A stretch of DNA of 64,000 nt from Cyanidioschyzon merolae. Taxonomy: Eukaryota. Every line of letters starts with the position of its first letter. Within the stretch, counting starts at the first letter, position 1. Below are positions 10,444 to 20,018 of this stretch, piece after piece. A program made the position numbers and the translations under genes. Under the pieces are notes generated by a model. That model was not told where the DNA came from, made no database searches, and saw nothing but the letters and a program-made list of their open reading frames with translations. The stretch lies in assembly GCA_000091205.1 (NCBI GenBank), contig AP006492.2. One strand, written 5' to 3'.

Positions 10444-10685
10444 CTAATTGACGGAAATGGTTAGTTCAAGTTCTGGGGTATACGCGCTCGAACGTGCGAT
10501 TCGCTGGCGCTCCTCTCAGACTGGGCAGCACAACCGTTACTCACGTTCAGCGAGCTAGCGGTTGCGGATTCCGGAGTACGCCCTCGTTGCATCCAGCCTC
10601 TTTGGTCTCGGTAGAGGAAGCCTGGTTGTCATCAGTGAAGAGCCGGCGCGCGAACCGTTTCATCAGTGCGAAAATGAAAACTTAC
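10444..10685 (-). other. Spliceosomal intron of the HDAC gene (242 nt, phase 1), donor GTAAGT, acceptor ...CAATTAG
   Basis: Exon 1 reading '...QLQR|' is followed on the minus strand by gtaagt. Splicing to the AG at 10445-10444 restores '...[16 protein letters not shown]', matching HDAC1 'QMQRFNVGEDCPVFDG'. The exon lengths sum to a multiple of 3. Confidence 0.7.
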
Positions 10686-11016
10686 ACCTCTGCAATTGGT
10701 CCAGCTGCTTCTGTGCGGTTTCCGGGGTGATGCGCCGCAAGAACTCGATGTACTCGTCGGAGTGGAAGCGCGTCAGATCTCGCTCCGTTGCGCGAGGCGG
10801 TTGCAGTACCTGCAGTTTCTCGTGAACTCCGTAAGCAATAAGAAGCTCGTGAACCATTCGCATTCTATGGGGTTTCATTGGATGTCCCAAAGCGTAATAG
10901 TAGTTGCCGACGTCATGGTCGTAAAAGTACGCCACGCGGGACGGGAAAGCCTCAAGCGTGCCGACGCGCGACTCGGACGTGCCAGCCTCCGCTTTCATTG
11001 GAGCGGTGCTCAGCAA
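10686..11016 (-). CDS. Class I histone deacetylase, exon 1 of 2 (start codon at 11016-11014)
   Basis: '[44 protein letters not shown]...RFHSDEYIEFLRRITPE' matches the HDAC1 N-terminus '[44 protein letters not shown]...KYHSDDYIKFLRSIRPD'. Confidence 0.85.
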
Positions 11017-11275
11017 GTAGAGACGTCGATCACGCCCTTGTTTGCAGCGTGACCGAAATAAGACAATTGCTGCTCAATAACGAGGTCAGATCAAGTCGAT
11101 GCTCGCCGAAGCAACAGGAAACCTCTGTTGATACGAGCCTTGAAACAGCACCGGCAGACGCAACGACTGTAGCCAGGGCGCGCCATCATCGCAGCAGCCG
11201 CAACCTAGAGGTCATCGGTTGGCACGCGTTGGTGATAGGTACTGTGAACGGGCGTTCGAGCACCGTAGACACGCC

Positions 11276-13285
11276 ATGTACGTTGTGTTGCCTGCACACT
11301 CCGGGACAAGACAGTTGCAGCGGGGTCTGCGGCCTGCCCTGCACCCAATAAGTGACGGTGTTGGCGTTCGAGCGACTCGCCAGCGAGCCTCAAGGCGACA
11401 CCGGACACCACTGGTCGCGGTTCAGTGGGAATGGTTCGGCTGGGATTTGGATGGGCGTTTTGAGCCAGATCTCACCGACATCACACCTAAACCGGAAAAA
11501 GTGCTCCCGAATACGGGAACGACGTATGCTGATTCGCTCGTTTTCCCGACAGACTCGAAACGCTGGCCTGATTCTCTACCGGGCACCGCGTTGCTCTGGT
11601 TCCGAAACGATCTCCGTTTGCACGATAACGAAGCGCTACGTCTTGCGAACCGCGCAGAGAGCCTGCTCTGTGTTTACGTGTTTGATGAGCGCTACTTCTT
11701 CGGAAAGTCCCGATTTGGAGGCTTCCTCCGCATTGGTGAGCATCGCGCATACTTCCTGCGGGAGTGCATCGTAGACCTGCGACAGGCACTCCGGAGTCGT
11801 GGTCAAGAGCTAATCGTTGAGATCGGCTCACCGGTGGATGTCATCCCCCGCTTAGTGCAAAAATTCGGGGTGCAGCATCTCATTTTCAGCAAGGAGGTCA
11901 CCGAGGAGGAGATCGCCACTGAAAATGCCCTCGTTAGGACGCTTGCACAAGTTGCCGCCCAGGGCCAGATCTCCGCGCCCGTCCAGTGCCATGCAGTATG
12001 GAACGCAACACTCGTGCATATTGAAGACCTACCGTACCCGTTCCCAGGCAAAGCAAAAGACATCAGCAGGCGTGCCGAGTCACCAGTTCCGAAAACTCGT
12101 GGTACACCAGCAGTGGATCGCGTTTTCCCGGATACATTCACGACGTTCCGTCGACTCGTAGAGCGAAGCTGGACCGTTCGCGAGACCTGGCAGTGTCCAG
12201 AGGTGCTTACACTGTTACCAGACGATGCCAGCAACTTCAATACCATAGACTGGTCTGGCGCCCTGCCCATAGAGTATCCCGCTGAGGCGACGCGTATCGG
12301 CGCTGAGCCGCCCAAGCTGCTGCTCATGCGACCCTATCCAGACCCGCGAGCCTGCTACGATTTTCACGGAGGCGAGACGGTTGCGCTTTCCCGCCTCGAG
12401 GATTGGATATGGGAGACGCAATCGCTCGCCAGCTATAAGGAAACGCGGAACGGCTTGGAGGGACCCGACTACTCCTCCAAGTTCAGTTGCTTCCTTGCCC
12501 ATGGCTGTATATCGCCGCGGTTGATCTACAATGCAGTGCGGGACTTTGAGCGCCGCGTGGAATCCAATGAATCCACGTATTGGCTGCTGTTCGAACTGCT
12601 CTGGCGAGACTTTTTCCGCTTTACTGCAGTGCATCATGGAAACGCAATTTTTAAGCGGCGGGGTCTGCGAGGCGTCCGCGGTGCCTCTAAAACTTCACAA
12701 AGCGGAGCGCGTTCCGCTGTTGTACGACAGCGCGAGGACGTCTCGCCAGATGCACGCTTGACGGCCTGGTGCCAGGGGCGTACGGGGGTTCCCTTCATTG
12801 ATGCCGCTATGCGAGAACTGCGGCTCACGGGCTTTATGTCCAATCGAGCGCGTCAGGTCGTCGCGTCATTCCTGATCAACGACCTGGGATTGGACTGGCG
12901 ACTTGGCGCCGAATGGTTCGAATCACAGCTCCTCGACTATGACCCATGTAGCAACTGGGGGAACTGGTGTTATCTTGCGGGAGTCGGAAACGATCCGCGC
13001 AGCGGTTCTCGCTATTTCCATCCGCTGAAGCAGGCGTATGAGTTCGATCCTCGGGCAACGTTCACAAAGCGCTGGTGCCCCGAGCTCTTCTGGGTGGATA
13101 ACGCTCTGATCCAAACGCCATGGAAATGGAATCGCAAAATGCAAGAGGCGTTTCGAGTGACCCTGGGCGACCAGTACCCGGAGCCAATTGTAACTTTGCG
13201 GGAGCCGGGGCGCGCCCGAACACCACCGAAGGTATCGCCATCGACGCCCGTGGACACTGACGCGGCGGTGCATCACGAGTCGTGA
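11276..13285 (+). CDS. Cryptochrome DASH / photolyase-family flavoprotein, with an N-terminal extension of about 90 aa before the photolyase domain
   Basis: 'ALLWFRNDLRLHDNEAL' photolyase N-terminal motif. 'YKETRNGLEGPDYSSKFSCFLAHGCISPR', 'STYWLLFELLWRDFFRF', 'TGVPFIDAAMRELRLTGFMSNRARQVVASFLINDLGLDWRLGAEWFESQLLDYDPCSNWGNWCYLAGVGNDPR' closely match plant CRY3 (CRY-DASH). The first in-frame ATG is at 11276 and the ORF opens at 11219. Confidence 0.85.
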   Translation: MYVVLPAHSGTRQLQRGLRPALHPISDGVGVRATRQRASRRHRTPLVAVQWEWFGWDLDGRFEPDLTDITPKPEKVLPNTGTTYADSLVFPTDSKRWPDSLPGTALLWFRNDLRLHDNEALRLANRAESLLCVYVFDERYFFGKSRFGGFLRIGEHRAYFLRECIVDLRQALRSRGQELIVEIGSPVDVIPRLVQKFGVQHLIFSKEVTEEEIATENALVRTLAQVAAQGQISAPVQCHAVWNATLVHIEDLPYPFPGKAKDISRRAESPVPKTRGTPAVDRVFPDTFTTFRRLVERSWTVRETWQCPEVLTLLPDDASNFNTIDWSGALPIEYPAEATRIGAEPPKLLLMRPYPDPRACYDFHGGETVALSRLEDWIWETQSLASYKETRNGLEGPDYSSKFSCFLAHGCISPRLIYNAVRDFERRVESNESTYWLLFELLWRDFFRFTAVHHGNAIFKRRGLRGVRGASKTSQSGARSAVVRQREDVSPDARLTAWCQGRTGVPFIDAAMRELRLTGFMSNRARQVVASFLINDLGLDWRLGAEWFESQLLDYDPCSNWGNWCYLAGVGNDPRSGSRYFHPLKQAYEFDPRATFTKRWCPELFWVDNALIQTPWKWNRKMQEAFRVTLGDQYPEPIVTLREPGRARTPPKVSPSTPVDTDAAVHHES

Positions 13286-14418
13286 GCACCTCGTGCGGAG
13301 GTCGTCACGTGTGCGCTGGTTTCAAGTCGACCTCTGACGGCCTTGCATAGATGCTGTTACAGATTCGATAACTCGAGGCCGATAATTCTGGAGTCCATCG
13401 ACACGAAGCCGTGTTCGAGTGTCGCGCTGCATTTCGCAACGACGCAGTGCATTCGCGGTTTCGCGGGGAATCCAACTGCAAGGCGACTGCGCTGAAACCT
13501 GCCATGCGAGTGCGTTCTCCGAGAATAATCGTCAACATCAAGGGTGTTGCCGGCGCTCTTCGACTCGAATAAAGTGTTGCGGAACGTTGCCTGTTGTTTG
13601 AGGAAGGTGGCTGCGTCCAAGAAAAGGACTAGCCTGGCACTGCAGAACTCGTCATCGAAGCTCGCGCAGGCGATCCAGTCCGGCGCGATTCCAAAACCAG
13701 ATTGTCCATAGGCACCGACTCGATTCGGTATTGACAGAGGATTTGCAACATCAAGTACCCGGAGTCGCGCGTGAACTAGCGAAATACGGGCGCATCCATC
13801 AGCTCTAGCGTCAGGGACGAGTCGCTTGCAGGGAAACGCAGACGCGTCGCGAATCGCTGCCTCGGCCCGAGCCTCCCGACACGAACACGAGATCGTCTGT
13901 GGTCGCCAAATCACTTGTGATGAACACGGTAAATATCTATGCAATGTCTGATACAGTCTAAAAATCCGTCAGCTCGATATGGTGGATTTTATACACAAAA
14001 GCGCTGACCGAGGCGATGCCCACGACGCGAAGCGTGCTGTCCCAGTATCCACGACCCAGCAAGCACCTTGTCAATCACCGTGGCGTCATACGTATGCGGT
14101 TGCCGGTGGTGCCAGGGGCTGCAGACGCCAGTGCTGCGCCTTTGCGGCGCTCGCAAGCCGTAGCATCGCTGGATTGGACATCCATTCCCGACGATGTTCG
14201 TGGTTTGAAATTCGTAGAATATAGGTGCGCATGCGGATGACTTGCGCTCTCTTCCTTCATCACGGACATCACGCAAGTATCCCGAGAATTCCTGTTCATT
14301 TCATATTGCTTGCTCTTGCAAACTAGACGTCCGCGCGTACCAACATGAATTCCAAGGTTGTACGACGCCGTCTCTATCCGATTCCCGTTCGACACCATGA
14401 GCATATGAAAGCGCGCGA

Positions 14419-15612
14419 CTACGTTGCGGGCAGCGCAAGGGTGCGCGATGCTGCGAGCCACGGCTCGAATGCAAACCCCAACATATCGAAAAGAGGAGGC
14501 AGCAACGCCAGACTGAAAAAGAAGAAGATGCTGTAAATCGCACCGCTCGCCGCAAAACGTGCTGCGGCACAATAAGACACCCTGCTCTTCGCCTCGTGCC
14601 GGGCGCGCTTCGCGCCCGGCACATCGGGTGCGTGGCGGTCATCCGCTGATGGGCTTCTCTTAGAGCGCCACCTTGAGCCCGGCTCGCTCGTCGAGCCTTT
14701 CGCTATCGACTCCGATTCCGTACATGGAGACGAAAACAGATACCCTTTCGCGTCCTCTTTCTCACTCGGTGGCGGTGTACCAACTTGTGACGCTCCCGTC
14801 CAGCCCAGTTGACCGTTCGAGATAGTCAAGAACGAGGCGAGTTCTCGCAGCACCGACTTGGTGACACAAGCGAAACCGACAATCATTCGCTGACCATTTG
14901 TCGGAGGTTTTCCGTTTGTCTCGCAGCTAGCTTGCGACGCGGCCTCATTCGGGTTGTCTGGCGAGCTCCTCGCTTCCACAGTGCGAGTGCTTTGCGCGCA
15001 CACGAGCGCTTCCAGTTCGCGAACGCGTTCCCTCAGCCGTTGATTCTCGACCGCGAGATCGCTGAGTGCCCGAGATAACAACAGGTAGTCTCCAATGCCC
15101 ATGTCGCGAGAACTCCACGCTGTGTCCTCTAAACAAAATGATGCAGCACGAGGCGACTGTGGCAGCGACTCCGCGGCGACAGTGCACCCACCAAAGTCGG
15201 TGGACGAGTCCGTCTCGAACCGCCCTGAAGTAGGTATGATACCCGAACGTACCTCCCATTCACCATTTTGTTCGTCTTGAGAACAAGATTCTAAGTTAAG
15301 AAAGTTGTCCCAGTTAGATAGGTTTGTTGAGGTCGTGTGTTCCACTGCCATGCAGTCCGTTTCGAGGCGAACGCAAAACACGAATCGGATACGGGATCGC
15401 GTATGCGTGTGCGCCTTCGAGAATCGCGGAGGCGCTTCCAACCGATCGGACACGTGTCCCGCGCGTTGATCCACAGGCATGCGTGCCTGGCGGATGAAAT
15501 CCCTGATTTTGTTGGATAGGGCCCAGACAATGTGCCTGGATTCTAGAGTGCGCGTTGCAACTGGGCACTCGGGAAAGCATCCATCATACTTCGTGATACG
15601 TCCAAGTTCCAA
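14419..15612 (-). CDS. Hypothetical protein with a Cys/His-containing N-terminal segment and a leucine-zipper-like coiled coil (LAVENQRLRERVRELEAL)
   Basis: 397-aa ORF with no confident domain match. The C-terminal part is low complexity. Confidence 0.3.
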   Translation of the reverse strand: MELGRITKYDGCFPECPVATRTLESRHIVWALSNKIRDFIRQARMPVDQRAGHVSDRLEAPPRFSKAHTHTRSRIRFVFCVRLETDCMAVEHTTSTNLSNWDNFLNLESCSQDEQNGEWEVRSGIIPTSGRFETDSSTDFGGCTVAAESLPQSPRAASFCLEDTAWSSRDMGIGDYLLLSRALSDLAVENQRLRERVRELEALVCAQSTRTVEARSSPDNPNEAASQASCETNGKPPTNGQRMIVGFACVTKSVLRELASFLTISNGQLGWTGASQVGTPPPSEKEDAKGYLFSSPCTESESIAKGSTSEPGSRWRSKRSPSADDRHAPDVPGAKRARHEAKSRVSYCAAARFAASGAIYSIFFFFSLALLPPLFDMLGFAFEPWLAASRTLALPAT

Positions 15613-16219
15613 GACCCATTCATTGTTTCGAATAGACTGGTCGTTCCATACGATCCATGATGCTCCGAGCCTGTCGTACGCATCCGCAAGAGCGTGAAGA
15701 GAGCCAGTGCGGACACCGGACGCGGGTAGACCACTTTTTTATCATTCCGCTGAGGGCGGCTGCTCGAGGCGTGGTCCACCTGACGCGGGATCCGGTTTCG
15801 TTGTCAGTGCACGCTCTGGCAGGCTGCATATGGGACCCTATTGAAGCGGCACGGCGCTTTGGAGAAATCTAACTGCTAGGAAGAATTCTGGCCATAGAGT
15901 CTCACATTCGCCATCGGATACGGATTGCGTTGCGGTATAGGAGCGCGGGTCTTGGCTCGGTACCCATCAGCGAGGAGGTAGATGAAACGCTGGGCCGGCA
16001 CGCCCATCCGTATTGCGCAGCCTTCAGCCAAGAGGCTAGAATGTGAGATTGGTCGGCGCTCGCGGGGTTGTGGCTCAGACAGAGGAACACCAGGTGCCAG
16101 AACTGCAATCAATGCGAATGATCGTCCTCGATCGCCTATAGTGACGTTTCGAAGATGTGCTCCCTCAGGGAGCCTGCAGTGATCCTCTAGCCAAAGCGGA
16201 CTCTGTAGAAACGACTTTG

Positions 16220-16240
16220 TGTGTGTGTGTGTGTGAGTCA
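16220..16240. repeat. (TG)n microsatellite
   Basis: tgtgtgtgtgtgtgtgtg. Confidence 0.9.
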
Positions 16241-17677
16241 CAGGAGTTGCGTACACGAAGCCAAGGTGGTGTGATTCCCTGTGAGCCGCTTATGTCTTGG
16301 TACGGCATGCAGCCGGGGCCAGCGACAACGGACTGACACGCGCGTTGGCGAGCCAGTTGGTGACTCGGGCAAGCACTATGCACACCAGCGCCTCCTATCA
16401 AGAGCAGCGTGCATCTACTATATCCACGTTTGAATAAAACAGAACGAGTCCATCTGGCTACTTCGAGCGTACTCGATAGAGTATGTGTCATAATCATAGT
16501 CTTCATCACCGGCGTTCGTCAGCCTCTGCTTCAACTGTTTTGTTTCCCTCTGTCTTGTCTCCGGAGAGAAGTACGCCCGTCTTTCCTGCGGCTTCGGATC
16601 CGTTGTCAACAGTTAAACGATGTTCACCTCAGCGTTCTGGTCCCGATTTTGCTGCTTGAGGCTGGTGTTCACGCGTTTTATGCACAGAAAAAGTGCTCGA
16701 TCGGCGCATCGCTCGCAATGTTCGACTTCTTCGAATTAATCCATTGTACGTTCTTCACAGCAGCGATGCTCATTTGTGGTCATGTGTCCCTCGGAGATCC
16801 AAAACACCTTCGCTTTCTTCGAGGGCCACTTCGAGACTCGTGAACGCTTCCTTTCCTGCTCGATATATGCGGTGGACGGGGACAGGAGGCTTCATTGGAC
16901 CCCGCTCCCTGGTTCCCGTGTCAGGGGCCATACTCTAAGATAACGGGCTACTTGTGAACGATTTCTTCGCCCAGTACTCTGCTCTAGGAAGCGGAAGCGC
17001 ACGCGATTCCATTCGATAGATGATCTGTGGAACACGATGTCGTTCGTGCTGAAACTAGAACGGGGAGGAAAACCCGAACTGGAGATCGTGCCGGGAATTT
17101 TCGATCCGCGTACGCTCGCTTCGTGCAAAACGTTGACGTATTCTCCACTGGGACCGATCGCTCCGATGATACAAGTCCGGGGGCCACGACCCTGCTCTAT
17201 GCAAACACCCGAGACAGCAGCCTCGGTGAGTATCACTAGTGAGGCGAATCATGCTGTTGTAGATCTTTGTTTCGACGACGAGAACGAAAAGAGGAGGATT
17301 TGAATTTTGAGCAGAATCCCTCATTTGGCGTGAGAGGTTCCGTGAACCTTCGGTATGTGCTTTCAAACAAGTCGTTACGGGACGACGTCGAGTTTTCCGT
17401 CCTCTTCAATCCGATGGGATGAATCGCTGCGCTCGTGAGTAGCCTTGAAACCGAGAGATTGATACGTTAAGGGATTCGTGATTCTGGCATGCTACGCGTA
17501 ATGAAAGAAGAAGAGTAGAGGCTGAAACGTATGAATATGATCCTGGTATCGTTTACTCTATGAGCCATTTTCGATTGCGTCGCAAATCGTCTTGATCCCT
17601 GTATCGTAAAGAATTCCAGGGGGAAAATATCGAAGGCGCAACACCGGACTGGTCATCGGGACTCCTATATCTATGTA

Positions 17678-17830
17678 TGCATCCGTCCGCCGTTTTTGCC
17701 GCATTCCGAATGTGGAGGCAGCACATCGAAAACAAGTTCGAAAAAAATTGGTACGCAGGAACAGCGCAAGCAGTTCCGTCTTCTATTTGAACCTGTGACG
17801 GATTTAGATGCCAATACCGATACGAAATGC
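17678..17830 (+). repeat. Dispersed repeat, copy B, paired with 7598-7740
   Basis: See copy A. Roughly 70% identity with small indels, lying in an ORF-poor intergenic stretch. Confidence 0.5.
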
Positions 17831-18489
17831 AAGCACGTCCGTTTTCTACAACCAACCGCCTTTCCATACCTCTATACGTATCTAAGGTGCCACACTAGAT
17901 TCAAAATATATCTCATAGACCTCTACACACTGCGATACGTTCAAGAGCTTAGGGTGCTCGTACAGGCGCATGCCTACGCATATATGTACGTATAGGCACT
18001 CTCGTTGCCAGTGACAAGTACGGACCAGTGGACGCGTTTTCTCGAGTTGAGGCCGACGCCTCCACTTTGCCGTCTGTTGTACACAACGTATGCAACGGAA
18101 CTTTGGTCGGGAAAACGTGGATCGCCGCCAGTTCTAGCCTATTAGAGACCTCGTGCCATCAGCACGATCCACGTAGGGTATGGATACCGACTCACAGACA
18201 CTTCGCTGGGTTGCCCGACTCGCCGACTGGTATCAGCTTCAGCTTCTCCTGGTACATCTCGACCTCGAGAGGTTCCCCCACAGAGTTCGCTCGCGTTAGC
18301 TCCGTGGGTCTCATCTTCAGGACTGCACATCTCCTCGTATTGATGGCGGCGTTAAAGTTCACGAACGCCATGCGTTTCTTGCCTCTGCGCGAACCCATCA
18401 ATGCAAGGATTCCTAGAATTCGCGCCCTTCGTACCACTACAGCCTCATCAACGCCCCGCCGTGCGAACACGCTCTCTCGCCTATCCCCC

Positions 18490-18850
18490 TTCTTCTACTT
18501 CGTCATTTGCTATTCTTCGCTCAATGTTCGGCGAGAAGAGGACTGTTTCGTTATTTTCCGGCACCCTTGCCTATCCCCCTTCTTCTTCTACTCCGTCATT
18601 TGCTATTCTTCGCTCAATGTTCGGCGAGAAGAGGATTGTTTCGTTATTTTCCGGCACCCTTGCCTATCTCCCTTCTTCTTCTACTTCGTCATTTGCTATT
18701 CTTCGCTCAATGTTCGGCGAGAAGAGGATTGTTTCGTTATTTTCCGGCACCCTTGCCTATCCCCCTTCTTCTTCTACTTCGTCATTTGCTATTCTTCGCT
18801 CAATGTTCGGCGAGAAGAGGATTGTTTCGTTATTTTCCGGCACCCGACGA
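18490..18850. repeat. Minisatellite, 93-bp unit in about 4 tandem copies
   Basis: The unit starting 'gtcatttgctattcttcgctcaatgttcggcgagaagagga' recurs at 18502, 18595, 18688 and 18781. All three plus-strand frames stay open across it. Confidence 0.9.
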
Positions 18851-19308
18851 TGACGGCTGTCCACGATCCTCGACTTTTATGTCCGTAACTTGCGCATGGG
18901 TATTCTATTTGTTCAAGTGCACGCACGTGTCTCTGCCCTGAGGTGAGGATATCCCAGGAGGAGAGAAGAACGTGCACAAGAAAGACGGCACGTGTCCCGC
19001 AGTCACCGTGTGCTGAACACATTAGCGATTTGCCCAGTAGAGCGATCATTACGTTTCACGATAGAAAACACTCTTTTTTTATGGGGTAGCACAACGGATT
19101 CTACAGAAGAATGAAAAGCAGCTCTACCCTGATAAAATTCGCAAAAGCCCGATCGCAAGGGGAATGGTGAAATACCACACTGTCCACCGGAAGAACGACA
19201 CCAAATGTCGGGGGAAATTCTTCAACGATGGGATGAGGCGGGTCCAGTTTTGTGAGCCCTTTCCGCCAGCGAACCAGAGGCGATCAAATGAATGCACTGC
19301 ATCTAGAG

Positions 19309-19330
19309 CAGATGATGATGATGATGATGT
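19309..19330. repeat. (ATG)n microsatellite
   Basis: gatgatgatgatgatgatg. Confidence 0.85.
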
Positions 19331-20018
19331 TCTCGTCTTCTTCGAGCTCGATCGTACATACAACGGGCTTTCTTTCCGCGAATACCCGTGTACACTCCGA
19401 CCGTTTCATCCGAAAAATCTCCTCGACAAAGAATCAAACCGACATCCCGGTGCTTCATACCTATCGCGACGTCCCAGGAACGCTATCGTTGCGATTTCTG
19501 TGGAGAATATTCATTCTTGAACTAGGACTCTTTCTTGAGACTGTATCCCGGTGTTTTCAGGACAACGCGAACTAACCGTACCGAAACAGAGACGCCTGTG
19601 ATGTTTACTATCATCGCTTTTCGATTTCCCTGGAGTGGTCAACAGATCATTTTTTACCATTGACCGTAAGCAATCTTTTAGAATATCAGTTTTTGGCGGG
19701 GTGCCTATCTATCTGTTTGTTTCAGAGTTCCCCGACCATCTGAGTCCTGTTCTATGCCTTACCTGATTGAGTAATGCAGTTCTCCTTGAAATGTTCAGTA
19801 AAGTATATGTATCCTACACGCAATTCGTCTACGATCTATTCGGTACATTGCATGGTCATTTCGATCTCTTGCCATGCACCGCATCGAAGTTGAAACAATA
19901 ATGAGTTGAAAGCATATAACCAGATACTCCGGACGACAGTTTCCAGTCCAAACAACATTTGAAAACTAGTAAAAGGAATGCTGACGAAACTCCGGATTCG
20001 GGTAAAGTGTCGAACGCT

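Noticed and set aside
12907-13055. tRNA-like T-loop strings (GGTTCGAATC at about 12915, GAGTTCGATCC at about 13041)
   Set aside because: Both lie inside the CRY-DASH coding frame (AEWFESQ / YEFDPR). The flanks cannot form acceptor or anticodon stems, so this is coincidental.
18490-18850. CRISPR-like array (also considered for 29461-29680)
   Set aside because: Units are directly abutting with no unique spacers, the context is eukaryotic, and the periods (93 and 54 bp) are whole codons. These are minisatellites.
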